Made by a program: the position numbers and the translations under genes | Source of the DNA: a virus | Lineage: Duplodnaviria > Caudoviricetes | DNA: 61,296 nt | Direction: 5' to 3' (one strand) | IMG/VR virus record: IMGVR_UViG_3300046836_000468 | Coordinates: 1 to 61,296 of that record | The notes under the pieces: model-generated | What the model saw: the letters and a program-made list of their open reading frames with translations, nothing else | The model's database searches: none | What the model was told of the DNA's origin: nothing | Shown here: in pieces, positions 27,993-36,721 of the stretch | How positions within the stretch are numbered: position 1 is the first letter of the stretch | How the letters are laid out: each line of letters starts with the position of its first letter

Positions 27993-28234
27993 CGTGGGGT
28001 CTCCTCGGGTTGGTGGATGCGTGCACGCAAGCGCGCAGCGACGCGCGCGAGCTCTCGTCTGCGTAGCCTGAACTGCGCGCCCCAGCAGCGCGCGCAGCTC
28101 GCAGGCGACGCGTCTGCGCCGCCGACGTCCCAGGGCACCCAGCGCCGGCACGACGCGCAGCAGAACAGCTGGCAGCGCTCGCAGCTCGAGGCGCCGCGCG
28201 TGACGAACCGGGCGCAGCGCGGGCAGCGCATCAC
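27989..28234 (-). CDS. Small Zn-finger protein (four CxxC)
   Basis: CPRC, CERC, CASC and CARC motifs. Confidence 0.5.
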   Translation of the reverse strand: MMRCPRCARFVTRGASSCERCQLFCCASCRRWVPWDVGGADASPASCARCWGAQFRLRRRELARVAARLRARIHQPEETPR

Positions 28235-29514
28235 GACGCCTCCTCGGCGCGCTGCGCGCGCAGCACCTGCGCCTCGTACTCGAGCCGCAAGCGCTTGGTG
28301 GGCTCGAGGTCGCGCTCGAGGTCGCGCTCGACCTTGCGCAGCTGCTCAGCGAGCGTCGGTGGCGTCGACGGGAGCGCCATCGACCGAGGTCGGTAGACGG
28401 CCAGCAGCTCGCGCGCGGACAGCGGCGGCGGCGCCGGGGCAGGCTCGCCACGCGCTAGCTCGCAGACGTGCTCGACCGCCTGGTGCTCCGGGTCCTGTCG
28501 CTCGAGCTGGTCGATGTCTGCCCGCCGCTTGCGGCCGGCGCGGTGGGCGAGCTCGCGCAGCTTGGCAGCCTCGGCAAGCGCCCCGCGCTGCTCGGCCTCC
28601 TCGCGCAAGTCCTGCAGTCGGCGCATCGCCCCCCAGCCCGAGCCGTCGCTGCGCAGCGGCACGATGCGCCCCGCGGCGACCTCGCGCGTCGCCCAGCGGT
28701 GAAAGCCCCCGGGGTTTTGGACCTGCCCGCGCGGCTTGTTCACGAGCAGCACGACAGCCTCGAGCGCGGCGCGCGGGGCAGCTCGCGCCTCGTGCTCACG
28801 CAGGTTCGCGACGACGTCGCGCAGCCCATCGGGGCCGTGCTCGCGCGCCACGGCAGCCAGCAGCGCCGGGGGCGCCTCGACCGGGGGCAGCACCGGGCCG
28901 AGCTCGCCCGCGCCGCCAGCGGGTCGCAGGGCCAGCGCGGTTCCCGCTGCCGCAACCGGTTCCCGGAACCGCTTGGGAGGCCGAGAGGGCAAAGCAGGGG
29001 CAGCAGCAGCTGGCGCGTCCTCGCGCGCGCTCTGCTGCTCTCTCTCTTTCTTCTCTCTCTCACGTGAGTCTTCTCTAAGAGGGCGGACGCCCACGTCCAG
29101 GCGGACATCTGTGTGCGGATGTCCTACATCGCTCGTCGGCAGGCAGCAGACGTAGTCGTTCGAGCGCTGCAGCCCTGTGCTCTCGAACCACGAGCCCCAG
29201 CGTTCGAGCAGCCCGGCGTCGGAGAGCTCGGCGAGCACGCGACGCGCGTGGCGCTGGCCGACGCCCAGCTCCTCGCCGAGGGCCGCGACGGTGAAGAATG
29301 CGTGCGGGAAGCTCGGCAGCGAGGCGATGTAGCGCGCTGCGTGCCGCGCGTTGCGCGTCAGCCCAGCAGCCACAACTGCCAGCACCCAGGCGCGGCGGGC
29401 CGGGGGCAGCTTGCGCTCTGCGTCGCCTGCTCGAGCACCGCTCCCAACATGGGACGCGCTACTTCCTTGCGCGCGGCGGTCGTGGCTGATAGCTTCTGCG
29501 TGTCGTGACGGCAT
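28231..29514 (-). CDS. Winged-HTH replication initiator (plasmid-type Rep)
   Basis: FTVAALGEELGVGQRHARRVLAELSDAGLL..QRSNDY HTH; QVQNPGGF motif; divergent from parA. Start is uncertain (alternative 29643). Confidence 0.65.
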   Translation of the reverse strand: MPSRHAEAISHDRRAQGSSASHVGSGARAGDAERKLPPARRAWVLAVVAAGLTRNARHAARYIASLPSFPHAFFTVAALGEELGVGQRHARRVLAELSDAGLLERWGSWFESTGLQRSNDYVCCLPTSDVGHPHTDVRLDVGVRPLREDSREREKKEREQQSAREDAPAAAAPALPSRPPKRFREPVAAAGTALALRPAGGAGELGPVLPPVEAPPALLAAVAREHGPDGLRDVVANLREHEARAAPRAALEAVVLLVNKPRGQVQNPGGFHRWATREVAAGRIVPLRSDGSGWGAMRRLQDLREEAEQRGALAEAAKLRELAHRAGRKRRADIDQLERQDPEHQAVEHVCELARGEPAPAPPPLSARELLAVYRPRSMALPSTPPTLAEQLRKVERDLERDLEPTKRLRLEYEAQVLRAQRAEEAS

Positions 29515-29840
29515 TCGGGTGCCTCGCGAACGCGCCTCGTTTCCTTCCTGCCGCCAAGCAAAGGGGAAACGGGGCGTTCGGCTTTGTGGTGATGAGGTTG
29601 CGCGCCCCGGTTCGGGCGCCACTCGATCGCACATACACTGCATCGCGGCAGTCGGCGCAAGTTTCTGTCCGACGAGAAGCCGAAACGCCCGTCTGCGCGC
29701 AGCGACGCTGCAATCGCGCAGCCGCGCTGCACAGAATCGACCTGCGGTGGCGATCGCGTGGGCGTGATGGGCGATCGCGAGCGCTCTCGAATGCTCGGCG
29801 ATTGCGGTGAGTTGCGGCGACGACGCGCCGAGAACTTGCG

Positions 29841-29898
29841 GTACATTCTGTACGCGATGTACACGGCGTACTGTCTGTACACGACGTACAGCTTGTAC
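29841..29898. repeat. Centromere-like (parC/parS) array 1: 7 x GTAC at exact 9-bp spacing
   Basis: GTAC at 29841, 29850, 29859, 29868, 29877, 29886 and 29895, immediately upstream of the parA RBS. Confidence 0.8.
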
Positions 29899-29912
29899 AC
29901 GAGGGGCAGACG

Positions 29913-30695
29913 ATGATCATCGTGAGCGGCGGACAGAAGGGCGGCACGGGCAAGACGATGCTCGCGACCATGCTCGCGGTCCTGTTCAAATGGATGGGGC
30001 TCGACGTCCTGCTCGTCGACGCCGACCCGTCGCAGGGCTCGAGCAGCGAGTGGGCCAACGAGCGACGCGCAGCGCGCGAGGCCGCGCGCAAGATGGGGGT
30101 CGAGACGCCTATCCCGCACGTCCCGTGCGTGACGCTCGCCGGCATCGTCTACGACGAGCTGCGCGACCTCGAGCGACGCTACGACGTCATCGTCGTCGAC
30201 TGCGGCGGCGCCGAGAGCGAGGAGTTCACCTCGGCCTGCCTCGCAGCAGTCGCTGTTTACACGACCATCCTGCCGAGCGCGTGCGACCTCAAGACCATTC
30301 CCAAGGTCGAGAAGGCCATCAAGCTCTCGCGCGCGGGCGGCAATCGCGAGCTCGTTGCCAAGGTCATCCTCAACCAGTGCTCGAACAACCGGCATGCGAC
30401 CGACAAGCAACGCGCTCGCGAGAAGCTCGCGCAGTACCCGGCGCTCGTCGTCTCTGATCGCTCGATCAACTTCCGCGAGAGCTTCATGGACGCCTACGGA
30501 GAGTGGCTGTCCGTCAACGAGCTCGCCGTCCACGGCTCTAAAGAAGCGCGCAACAAAGCGCGCAAGGCAGCAGCCGAAGCCTGGGCAGTATTCGAGGAAG
30601 TCTGCGCCGACGTGGAGATCCCAGTACACGAGGTACTTGCTGTACCCGGTGTACACGCGGTACACGACGTACACGATGTACAGGAGGTACAGTGA
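29913..30695 (+). CDS. parA: ParA-family partition ATPase (type Ib, no N-terminal HTH)
   Basis: Deviant Walker A QKGGTGKT, LVDADPSQGS and VIVVDCG motifs. Confidence 0.9.
   Translation: MIIVSGGQKGGTGKTMLATMLAVLFKWMGLDVLLVDADPSQGSSSEWANERRAAREAARKMGVETPIPHVPCVTLAGIVYDELRDLERRYDVIVVDCGGAESEEFTSACLAAVAVYTTILPSACDLKTIPKVEKAIKLSRAGGNRELVAKVILNQCSNNRHATDKQRAREKLAQYPALVVSDRSINFRESFMDAYGEWLSVNELAVHGSKEARNKARKAAAEAWAVFEEVCADVEIPVHEVLAVPGVHAVHDVHDVQEVQ
30624..30690. repeat. Centromere-like array 2: 8 x GTAC at 9-bp spacing inside the parA 3' end
   Basis: GTAC at 30624, 30633, 30642, 30651, 30660, 30669, 30678 and 30687; encodes the V-x-x repeat tail of ParA. Confidence 0.8.
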
Positions 30696-30997
30696 AGCAG
30701 TCACCACCCGAGATACCGCGCGCCACCGTGCACGGCCTATCCAGCAAGGCCCCGATCAAGTCGCGGCGAGAGCTGCCGTTCGAGAAGCACGACCCGGACG
30801 CCAAGCCGGACAAGGCGTTCCGCTTCGAGACCAATGCCTACGACCGCGCGCTGTTCAAATACGTGGCTGTGCTGCGCGGGGAGGGCGAGAGCGTGACGGA
30901 TGTGATCCGCAAGTTCGCGCGCGACCGCGCGCAGCGCGAGCTTGGCAAGGCCGCCAAGCCGGGTGCCGCTGCAGAGCAGGTGTCCGATGACCCGTAA
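30692..30997 (+). CDS. Small centromere-binding partner of ParA (ParG/RHH-like)
   Basis: Coupled to parA with GGAGG RBS; AFRFET strand followed by helices (ESVTDVIRKF). Confidence 0.6.
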   Translation: MKQSPPEIPRATVHGLSSKAPIKSRRELPFEKHDPDAKPDKAFRFETNAYDRALFKYVAVLRGEGESVTDVIRKFARDRAQRELGKAAKPGAAAEQVSDDP

Positions 30998-31712
30998 TAG
31001 CCAAGCGACGGCGCTGTCAGCTGCCAACGTGAAGATGCGGCGCATGACGCGCCTGGCGAACCAGGAGTTCGACGCGGCGTTTGCGCAGCGCATCGAGACC
31101 GAGGGGTTCGCCGTGACGTGCAAGGCGGGGTGCTCCGCGTGCTGTGACCAGGCGGTGCTGATCACGGCAGCCGAGGCGGACCTCATCATCTCGCGGCACA
31201 GGGACCTGGTGAGAGCTGCGCTGCCAGAGTTCGCGCGGCAGAAGCGGGTCTTGGTCGAGGCCGGCGCGCACGACGGGCCGCGGGACCTTGCCGCCTTGAT
31301 GAGCGACGATGTCGAGGAGGAGCGCGCGAAGATGCTCGCCAACTGGTACAGGCAGCGCATCGCCTGCGCGTTCTTGGACCCGGAGACGAAGCTCTGCAGG
31401 ATCTACGACGTGCGCCCGCTGGCGTGCCGGTCACACGTCGTCTGGACGCCCGCAGAACTGTGCGACCGTCGCCCAGGCGCTGGCCAGTGGCAGCGCGATT
31501 CCGACGAGGACGGGTACGAGTGCCTTGGGGATGGCCCTGAGTTCGACGCTGCTCGCGCGCAGCACATGCTCGCGACAGCGACTGGCTTTGACGTGGTTGC
31601 CATGGGCCTCATGCCGACCATTCTCAGCGCCTTGTATCGGGCGGACGCGAGCGCAGGGGCGCAGGCCAGCGGCGCTGCAGACCCGCAGACCTGCGGGGCG
31701 CCCCATGCCTAA
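30987..31712 (+). CDS. YkgJ-family cysteine-cluster (CxxxCxxCC) protein 1
   Basis: CKAGCSACC, CAFLD and CRIYDVRPLACR motifs. Confidence 0.85.
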   Translation: MTRNSQATALSAANVKMRRMTRLANQEFDAAFAQRIETEGFAVTCKAGCSACCDQAVLITAAEADLIISRHRDLVRAALPEFARQKRVLVEAGAHDGPRDLAALMSDDVEEERAKMLANWYRQRIACAFLDPETKLCRIYDVRPLACRSHVVWTPAELCDRRPGAGQWQRDSDEDGYECLGDGPEFDAARAQHMLATATGFDVVAMGLMPTILSALYRADASAGAQASGAADPQTCGAPHA

Positions 31713-32067
31713 CCGCGACCCGCGCCGCGCCCTCGCCACGCTCGAGACGTGCGACACGTACATCGAGCACGGCGTCTGCACCTGCTGGCCGAAGTGCGAG
31801 CCCAGTGCGCGCTCTGCGCCGGACATCGACTACTGGGGGCTGACCGACGCCCCGGACCCGGACGACGACGACGACGACGACGTCGCGGTCCTCGACCAGC
31901 TCGCCACGTTCGAGCTGCGCGTCCACGAGCTGCGCTGCCTGGTCGCGGGCTACGACGACGAGCGCCTCGCCAAGCTACCAGCGGCCGAGCGCCGGCTCAT
32001 CGAGGAGACAGCGCTGCACCTCGTCGAGTACGACCGCGCCAAGCGAGGGGAGGGCGGCCATGGCTGA
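31705..32067 (+). CDS. Hypothetical protein (acidic, Cys-containing)
   Basis: ATG at 31705 overlapping the upstream gene. Confidence 0.5.
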   Translation: MPNRDPRRALATLETCDTYIEHGVCTCWPKCEPSARSAPDIDYWGLTDAPDPDDDDDDDVAVLDQLATFELRVHELRCLVAGYDDERLAKLPAAERRLIEETALHLVEYDRAKRGEGGHG

Positions 32068-32431
32068 GCCCGCTGTGCCCAAGACGCCCATCAGCGTTCC
32101 CGAGCTCGCCACGCGTGCCGCCACCTACGGGGCGCTCGCCCTCGTGGGGAGCAGCCTTCTCGTCACTCTGCTGTGGTTCAACGACGCGCAGACCAAGCGC
32201 GTCGAGCACATCAGCGCGGAGCTGGTGGACATTCGTCGCGAGCTTGGCGGGCTGCGGATTGATGGGCAGCGCGACACGCAGGCCCTGCGCGGGGAGCTCA
32301 ATGTCCTGCGCGTGGAGTTTGTCGAGTTCCGGGCAGAGACGCGCGCCGAGTTCAAGGCACTGCGCGTGGAGCTCGACAGCATCCACACGGACCTTGCCGA
32401 GATCAAGGCCCTGCTCAAGGCTCGGCGATGA
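32060..32431 (+). CDS. Single-TM coiled-coil membrane protein
   Basis: N-terminal hydrophobic helix followed by heptad repeats. Confidence 0.65.
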   Translation: MAEPAVPKTPISVPELATRAATYGALALVGSSLLVTLLWFNDAQTKRVEHISAELVDIRRELGGLRIDGQRDTQALRGELNVLRVEFVEFRAETRAEFKALRVELDSIHTDLAEIKALLKARR

Positions 32432-32730
32432 CCGACCCCGCTGACCGCACGCCGTCGAACCTGCGCAGCATCCTGACGCTGGTCGCGCAGGTCACCGCGT
32501 ACGCGGTGCTGTGGTGGCAGCTGGCCAGCCACGGCGTGCAGCTCGCGGTGCAGGGCGAGCAGCTCAACAACCTGCAGCGCAACGTCGAGCGCCTCGAAGC
32601 GCGCGATGAGCTGCGCGCAATTCGAGACGAGCTCCGCGCCATTCACGACGAGCTAGCCGGCATGCGCGCCGAGCAACGCATCAACCACGACGAGCTCAAG
32701 AAGCTGCTCGCAGAGACGAGGCCACGATGA
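32428..32730 (+). CDS. Single-TM coiled-coil membrane protein (paralog-like)
   Basis: Hydrophobic helix followed by DELRAIR heptad repeats. Confidence 0.6.
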   Translation: MTDPADRTPSNLRSILTLVAQVTAYAVLWWQLASHGVQLAVQGEQLNNLQRNVERLEARDELRAIRDELRAIHDELAGMRAEQRINHDELKKLLAETRPR

Positions 32731-33215
32731 CCACCACCGACCGCGAGCACGTCGTCGAGACCACGCTGCTCGACAAGTCCGAGTGGCGCGCAGGCCAGCA
32801 CGAGCCGGACCGCGTCGAGTGGCGCTACCGGGGCGTGCCGTGCCTCTTGCGCAGGTCGCCGATGAGCGGCGCCTGGTGCGGCTACGCGGCGACCTCCGAG
32901 GGCCACCCGTGGTTTGGCAACGTCGACTTGGTCGAGTGCAGCGTCGACGTGCACGGCGGCGTCACGTTCGCGCGGATGTGCGAGGGCGACATCTGCCACG
33001 TGCCGAGGCCGGGCGAGCCGGACCACGTCTTCTGGATAGGCTGGGACGCTGGGCATGCGTTCGACTTCTCGCCCAAGATGGAGTTCGAGCTGCGCAGCGT
33101 GCGGTCACCGTACGCCGACGCGAGCGCGCTGTTTCACGGCACGATCTACTGCGACAAGGCGCGCGCAATGATCGAGACCGAGGAGCTCGCCGAGCAGATT
33201 CTCGCAGCGGCGTGA
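32727..33215 (+). CDS. Conserved phage protein (GAWCGY / VHGGVTF / WIGWDAGH motifs)
   Basis: Recognisable widespread phage hypothetical family with putative metal ligands. Confidence 0.75.
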   Translation: MTTTDREHVVETTLLDKSEWRAGQHEPDRVEWRYRGVPCLLRRSPMSGAWCGYAATSEGHPWFGNVDLVECSVDVHGGVTFARMCEGDICHVPRPGEPDHVFWIGWDAGHAFDFSPKMEFELRSVRSPYADASALFHGTIYCDKARAMIETEELAEQILAAA

Positions 33216-33909
33216 CCGCAGATCTCGCGTCTGTTATCACCCGAGCATCCCACTGCGAGGTCAACACGATGCGCTCCAGCACGCTCAGCAAGCGACAGCT
33301 CACGTCCGCTGCCCTGTTCCCCCAGCGCGGCAAGTTGCTGCGCGCACGCGCCCACCAGCTCGGTCTGGGCGAGGGGTTTACGCGCCGCCTGTCGCGCTGC
33401 GTAGCGTGCGCTGCTGAGCTCGCGGGTCGCTCGAGCTGCGTCGAGTGCGGCGCGTTCACGTGCGTGCGCTGCGACGTCATGACGAGCGCGAACGGCGGCG
33501 ACGGGATGGCGTGTTACCGCTGCCAGGTGCGGTGAACTGGGCCGAGGCGTTCATGGCGGTCGCGTGCATCGCCTGCGTGGCTTGGATGCTGCGCTCGGCG
33601 CGCTGACAACGCGCTGGCAGCAGCTGTTTTGCGGCGACCGCGCATCGCGTGATGTGACACGCTCGCGCGCGGGGCGAGCTCGGCAAAGCGCGCAGGCGTA
33701 GCGCGCCAATCCCCCGGCGTGCGCGTCTTCCCCCAGACCCTGCGCCTGCACCGCGCTGCCGAGCTCGCCCGCTTTTTCGTCGGACATTTAGCCGCGCCGG
33801 TGTTATCAACCGAGAGTGCGCGACCCCCCGCGCACGCTTTCGGGGAAGGGGTTTCCGTCATGTCGCTCCTAAGTGGTAGCGCTGCAACGCGCTGCAATCG
33901 TCGCGCACC

Positions 33910-34539
33910 ATGAAGCCCGCCCAGGAGCGCCGCCGCCAGCGCGTCCACCTGCAGCAGTACCTCGGCGATCTCATCGCCCAGGTCGACGCCGCGCACGTCA
34001 GGGCCGACGCGCTGCCCGAGGCGACGCAGTACCACGTGCAGTGCACCGAGGGCTGCGCGCACGCGGCCGGCTGCTGCAGTCTCATCGTGCTCACCGAGGT
34101 CACCGAGGCCGAGTACATCGTCGCGCGCAATCGCGCAGCGGTCGTGCGCGCCTATCCGAAGCTGGTTGAGCAGGCCCGCCGCATCGACAGCGAGCTCGGC
34201 TTCGAGGTGCTCGAGATGTTCGGCGACCGCGAGGTCGAGCGCCGCGCAGCTCACGCCTACCACGCGATGCGCATGCCGTGCGCGTTCCTCGACGAGCAGC
34301 GGCGCTGCACCATCTACCGCGACCGGCCGCTCGCGTGTCGCACGCACTTCGTGCTGAGCGACCCGGCGCTCTGCGCAAGCGACGTCGAGGAGACTCACCA
34401 CACCATCCTCGATAAGGGCACGCGCACGTCCGCGCCCGCGTACCTTTGCCGCGAGGTCGCGCGCACGCGCGGCGCGCTATCCATGGGCACGCTGCCGCAG
34501 AACGTGCTCGCGGTGCTGAGGCGGGAGCAGTGGCCGTGA
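33910..34539 (+). CDS. YkgJ-family cysteine-cluster protein 2
   Basis: CTEGCAHAAGCC, CAFLD and CTIYRDRPLACR motifs. Confidence 0.85.
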   Translation: MKPAQERRRQRVHLQQYLGDLIAQVDAAHVRADALPEATQYHVQCTEGCAHAAGCCSLIVLTEVTEAEYIVARNRAAVVRAYPKLVEQARRIDSELGFEVLEMFGDREVERRAAHAYHAMRMPCAFLDEQRRCTIYRDRPLACRTHFVLSDPALCASDVEETHHTILDKGTRTSAPAYLCREVARTRGALSMGTLPQNVLAVLRREQWP

Positions 34540-34919
34540 CCCTCACCGACGTCATCGCGCTGCAGTCCGAGGCGGACCCGTATCAGCTGCTCGTGCCGCT
34601 GGCGCGCGCGCACCGGCGCTGGTGCGTCATCGACTACAGCTTGATGGGCGTGCTGGCCGTGCTGGGCCTCGCGCAGATTGTCGCGCTCGCGCTGCGCAGC
34701 ACCTGGGCCACCCGGCCTGGCCAGCTGCACGTGACAAGCGTCTGCCTGCTCGCGCTGTTCGGCGTGTCGACCTGGACGGCGAGCATGCGGCGGCGCGCAT
34801 TCAACGCGCTCTGCGAGACGCACGACGCGATTCTGAGCGCGGAGTTTCTGCGCGCAACGGGCGCGAACTGCGCGCTGCGTGGCGTGCTGCGCGTGCTGCG
34901 CGACAAGGGGGACGGATGA
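34536..34919 (+). CDS. Membrane protein (2 TM)
   Basis: GTG at 34536 overlapping the upstream stop; two hydrophobic segments. Confidence 0.5.
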   Translation: MTLTDVIALQSEADPYQLLVPLARAHRRWCVIDYSLMGVLAVLGLAQIVALALRSTWATRPGQLHVTSVCLLALFGVSTWTASMRRRAFNALCETHDAILSAEFLRATGANCALRGVLRVLRDKGDG

Positions 34920-35500
34920 CAGACAAGACGACACCGCACGAGCCGACGATACGCGCCACGCCTGGCGGCAAGGGCGTGCTCATCGACGACCTGGACGCGT
35001 ACGCGACCGCGATCATCGGGCTGCCGCCCGACCACTTCAACGAGACGCTGCGCGGCGCGCACAAGCTGCTGCAGGCCGCAGGCGCGCTGGTCTACGACGC
35101 GCCCGAGCTCGAGCAGATGACCGACGAGAAGAACGAGCAGCTGCGCGACACGCTGCTCGTTGCTGCGCTCGCCGCCAGTTACGACCTGCTCGGCAAGCGC
35201 GGCGAAAACCCGCTCGCGTTCGTGCAGCGCGCCAAGCAGGTCGTCGCCTGGTGCAAGCGCCCGCTCGCCGCTGCGACGCCGCTGGAAGAGCTGAAAAACA
35301 AGGCCCAGGAGATCGCGCGCCAGGTCGCCAAGCGGCTGTTCCCGAACGAGGGGTTTGTGCTCTTGGTGTTCAACACCGAGGCGCCTGGGCACGTCACCTG
35401 GACGACGAGCGCGACGCGGGCCGAGGCGATCGAGGAGCTCGAGAAGTCGCTCGCCGACATCAAGAGCGACCTGCGTGCGCGCAGGGCGACGTCGTCGTGA
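34916..35500 (+). CDS. Hypothetical protein
   Basis: ATG at 34916; C-terminal GFVLLVF..TSATRAEAI domain. Confidence 0.6.
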   Translation: MTDKTTPHEPTIRATPGGKGVLIDDLDAYATAIIGLPPDHFNETLRGAHKLLQAAGALVYDAPELEQMTDEKNEQLRDTLLVAALAASYDLLGKRGENPLAFVQRAKQVVAWCKRPLAAATPLEELKNKAQEIARQVAKRLFPNEGFVLLVFNTEAPGHVTWTTSATRAEAIEELEKSLADIKSDLRARRATSS

Positions 35501-35904
35501 AGCGCAAGCGCCAGCTGCGCGTGCTCGCGCTGCCCGCGATGGCGTGCGAGCGTGGCTGCGGCGAGTGCTGCGGCGTCGTGCCGGTGACGCGCAGCAAGCT
35601 CGCGGAGGTGCGCGCGTACTGCGACGAGCACGGCATCGCGCCCATGCCGCAGGGCGCGCGCTGCCCGCTCTACCTGCGCAATCAGTGCGCCATCTACGCG
35701 GTACGCCCGCGCGTCTGTCAGGCGTACGGGCATAGCCCCAGGCTCAGCTGCTCGCGCGGGCACGACGTGCTGGTCGACGACCAGGTCGCGCTCATGCGCT
35801 GGGTGCTCAGCGAGGGCGTGCCGGAGACGACGCTGCACGAGCTTGTCGGGCTTGAGGTCGCGATCGCAGACAGCGCAGCGCGCAGAGCAGCGGGCCTGCG
35901 ATGA
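35497..35904 (+). CDS. YkgJ-family cysteine-cluster protein 3
   Basis: CERGCGECCG, CPLY and CAIYAVRPRVCQAYG motifs. Confidence 0.8.
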   Translation: MKRKRQLRVLALPAMACERGCGECCGVVPVTRSKLAEVRAYCDEHGIAPMPQGARCPLYLRNQCAIYAVRPRVCQAYGHSPRLSCSRGHDVLVDDQVALMRWVLSEGVPETTLHELVGLEVAIADSAARRAAGLR

Positions 35905-36086
35905 GCCGCGCACGCAGCCAGCGCGTTGCGCTGAAGACAGGAGACCGCGTGCGGCTGCCGGATGGACGCGAGGGGAAGTTGTGCTGGGTCATTGCGTCTG
36001 GCGAAGAGGCGGCAGTCGCGCTCGATGGGGTCGACGGGACATTCCACATCCACCCGAGCCGGCTGGCTCTGTGCTGCACGCAATGA
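35901..36086 (+). CDS. Small SH3/KOW-like protein
   Basis: LKTGDRVRLPDGREG motif. Confidence 0.5.
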   Translation: MSRARSQRVALKTGDRVRLPDGREGKLCWVIASGEEAAVALDGVDGTFHIHPSRLALCCTQ

Positions 36087-36376
36087 GCCGCGCGCGACGC
36101 AGACGACGCTACCGGCAGCGACGACGCGCGCGCATGGGGCCGCGTGCACGTGCCGAGCGCGTGCTGCGCGAAGTGCTCGCGTGGCGCCTGCGGCTCGCAG
36201 AGTTCCCGCAGCTGGTCAACGAGTCGCCCAGCCTGCGCGCGCTGTCCGAGACGATGCAGCGCGCGGAGCGAGGCGCCGTCGACGAACTGCGCGAGCTCGG
36301 CGTGCGCGTGACGCTCGAGCTGCCCGCCTGGCCGCACACGATGCGCGCCGCCCCGAAATGCGGGGTCGAGGGCTGA
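36083..36376 (+). CDS. Hypothetical protein
   Basis: ATGA overlap with the upstream gene. Confidence 0.4.
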   Translation: MSRARRRRRYRQRRRARMGPRARAERVLREVLAWRLRLAEFPQLVNESPSLRALSETMQRAERGAVDELRELGVRVTLELPAWPHTMRAAPKCGVEG

Positions 36377-36403
36377 AGTCCGCTAAGGATCATTAGCGCT
36401 CAC
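36376..36403. other. Candidate tyrosine-recombinase core site (AAGTCCGCTAA-GGATCA-TTAGCGCTCAC)
   Basis: CGCTAA/TTAGCG inverted arms with a 6-bp spacer (TAA-N6-TTA as in dif/res sites); intergenic, about 310 bp upstream of the recombinase. Confidence 0.55.
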
Positions 36404-36418
36404 GAACCGGAGACGACG

Positions 36419-36721
36419 ATGAACGACGACCAGCCCAGGACCGCGCGCGGCTTTCGCATCTTTCTCGCGGACGAGGATCAACTCTACGGCGACGTGAGCG
36501 TCAACGAGAGCAGCATCGCGTTCAGAGGCGCGCACTGCTGGGTCAGGCAGAAGCTGCCGCACGTCACTGACCCTGAGCGTCAGTACCAGTCTGTGCACCT
36601 GAACGTTGCAGGCGCGATCGCCGTGCGCGACGCTCCGGACGCGTTCATTGCGGCAGCGCGCGCGGGCGAGCTCGTGGAGCCTGTCGAGTCTGCAGAAGAC
36701 GAGGAGCAAGACGATGAGTAG
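36419..36721 (+). CDS. Hypothetical protein
   Basis: GGAG RBS; RTARGF..DLYG..VNESS motif common in phage proteins. Confidence 0.6.
   Translation: MNDDQPRTARGFRIFLADEDQLYGDVSVNESSIAFRGAHCWVRQKLPHVTDPERQYQSVHLNVAGAIAVRDAPDAFIAAARAGELVEPVESAEDEEQDDE

Noticed and set aside
33232-33814. Direct repeat TGTTATCA(C/A)CCGAG at 33232 and 33801
   Set aside because: Only two copies exist, and they are probably ordinary extended -10 promoter elements. There is no sign of an IS or att pair.
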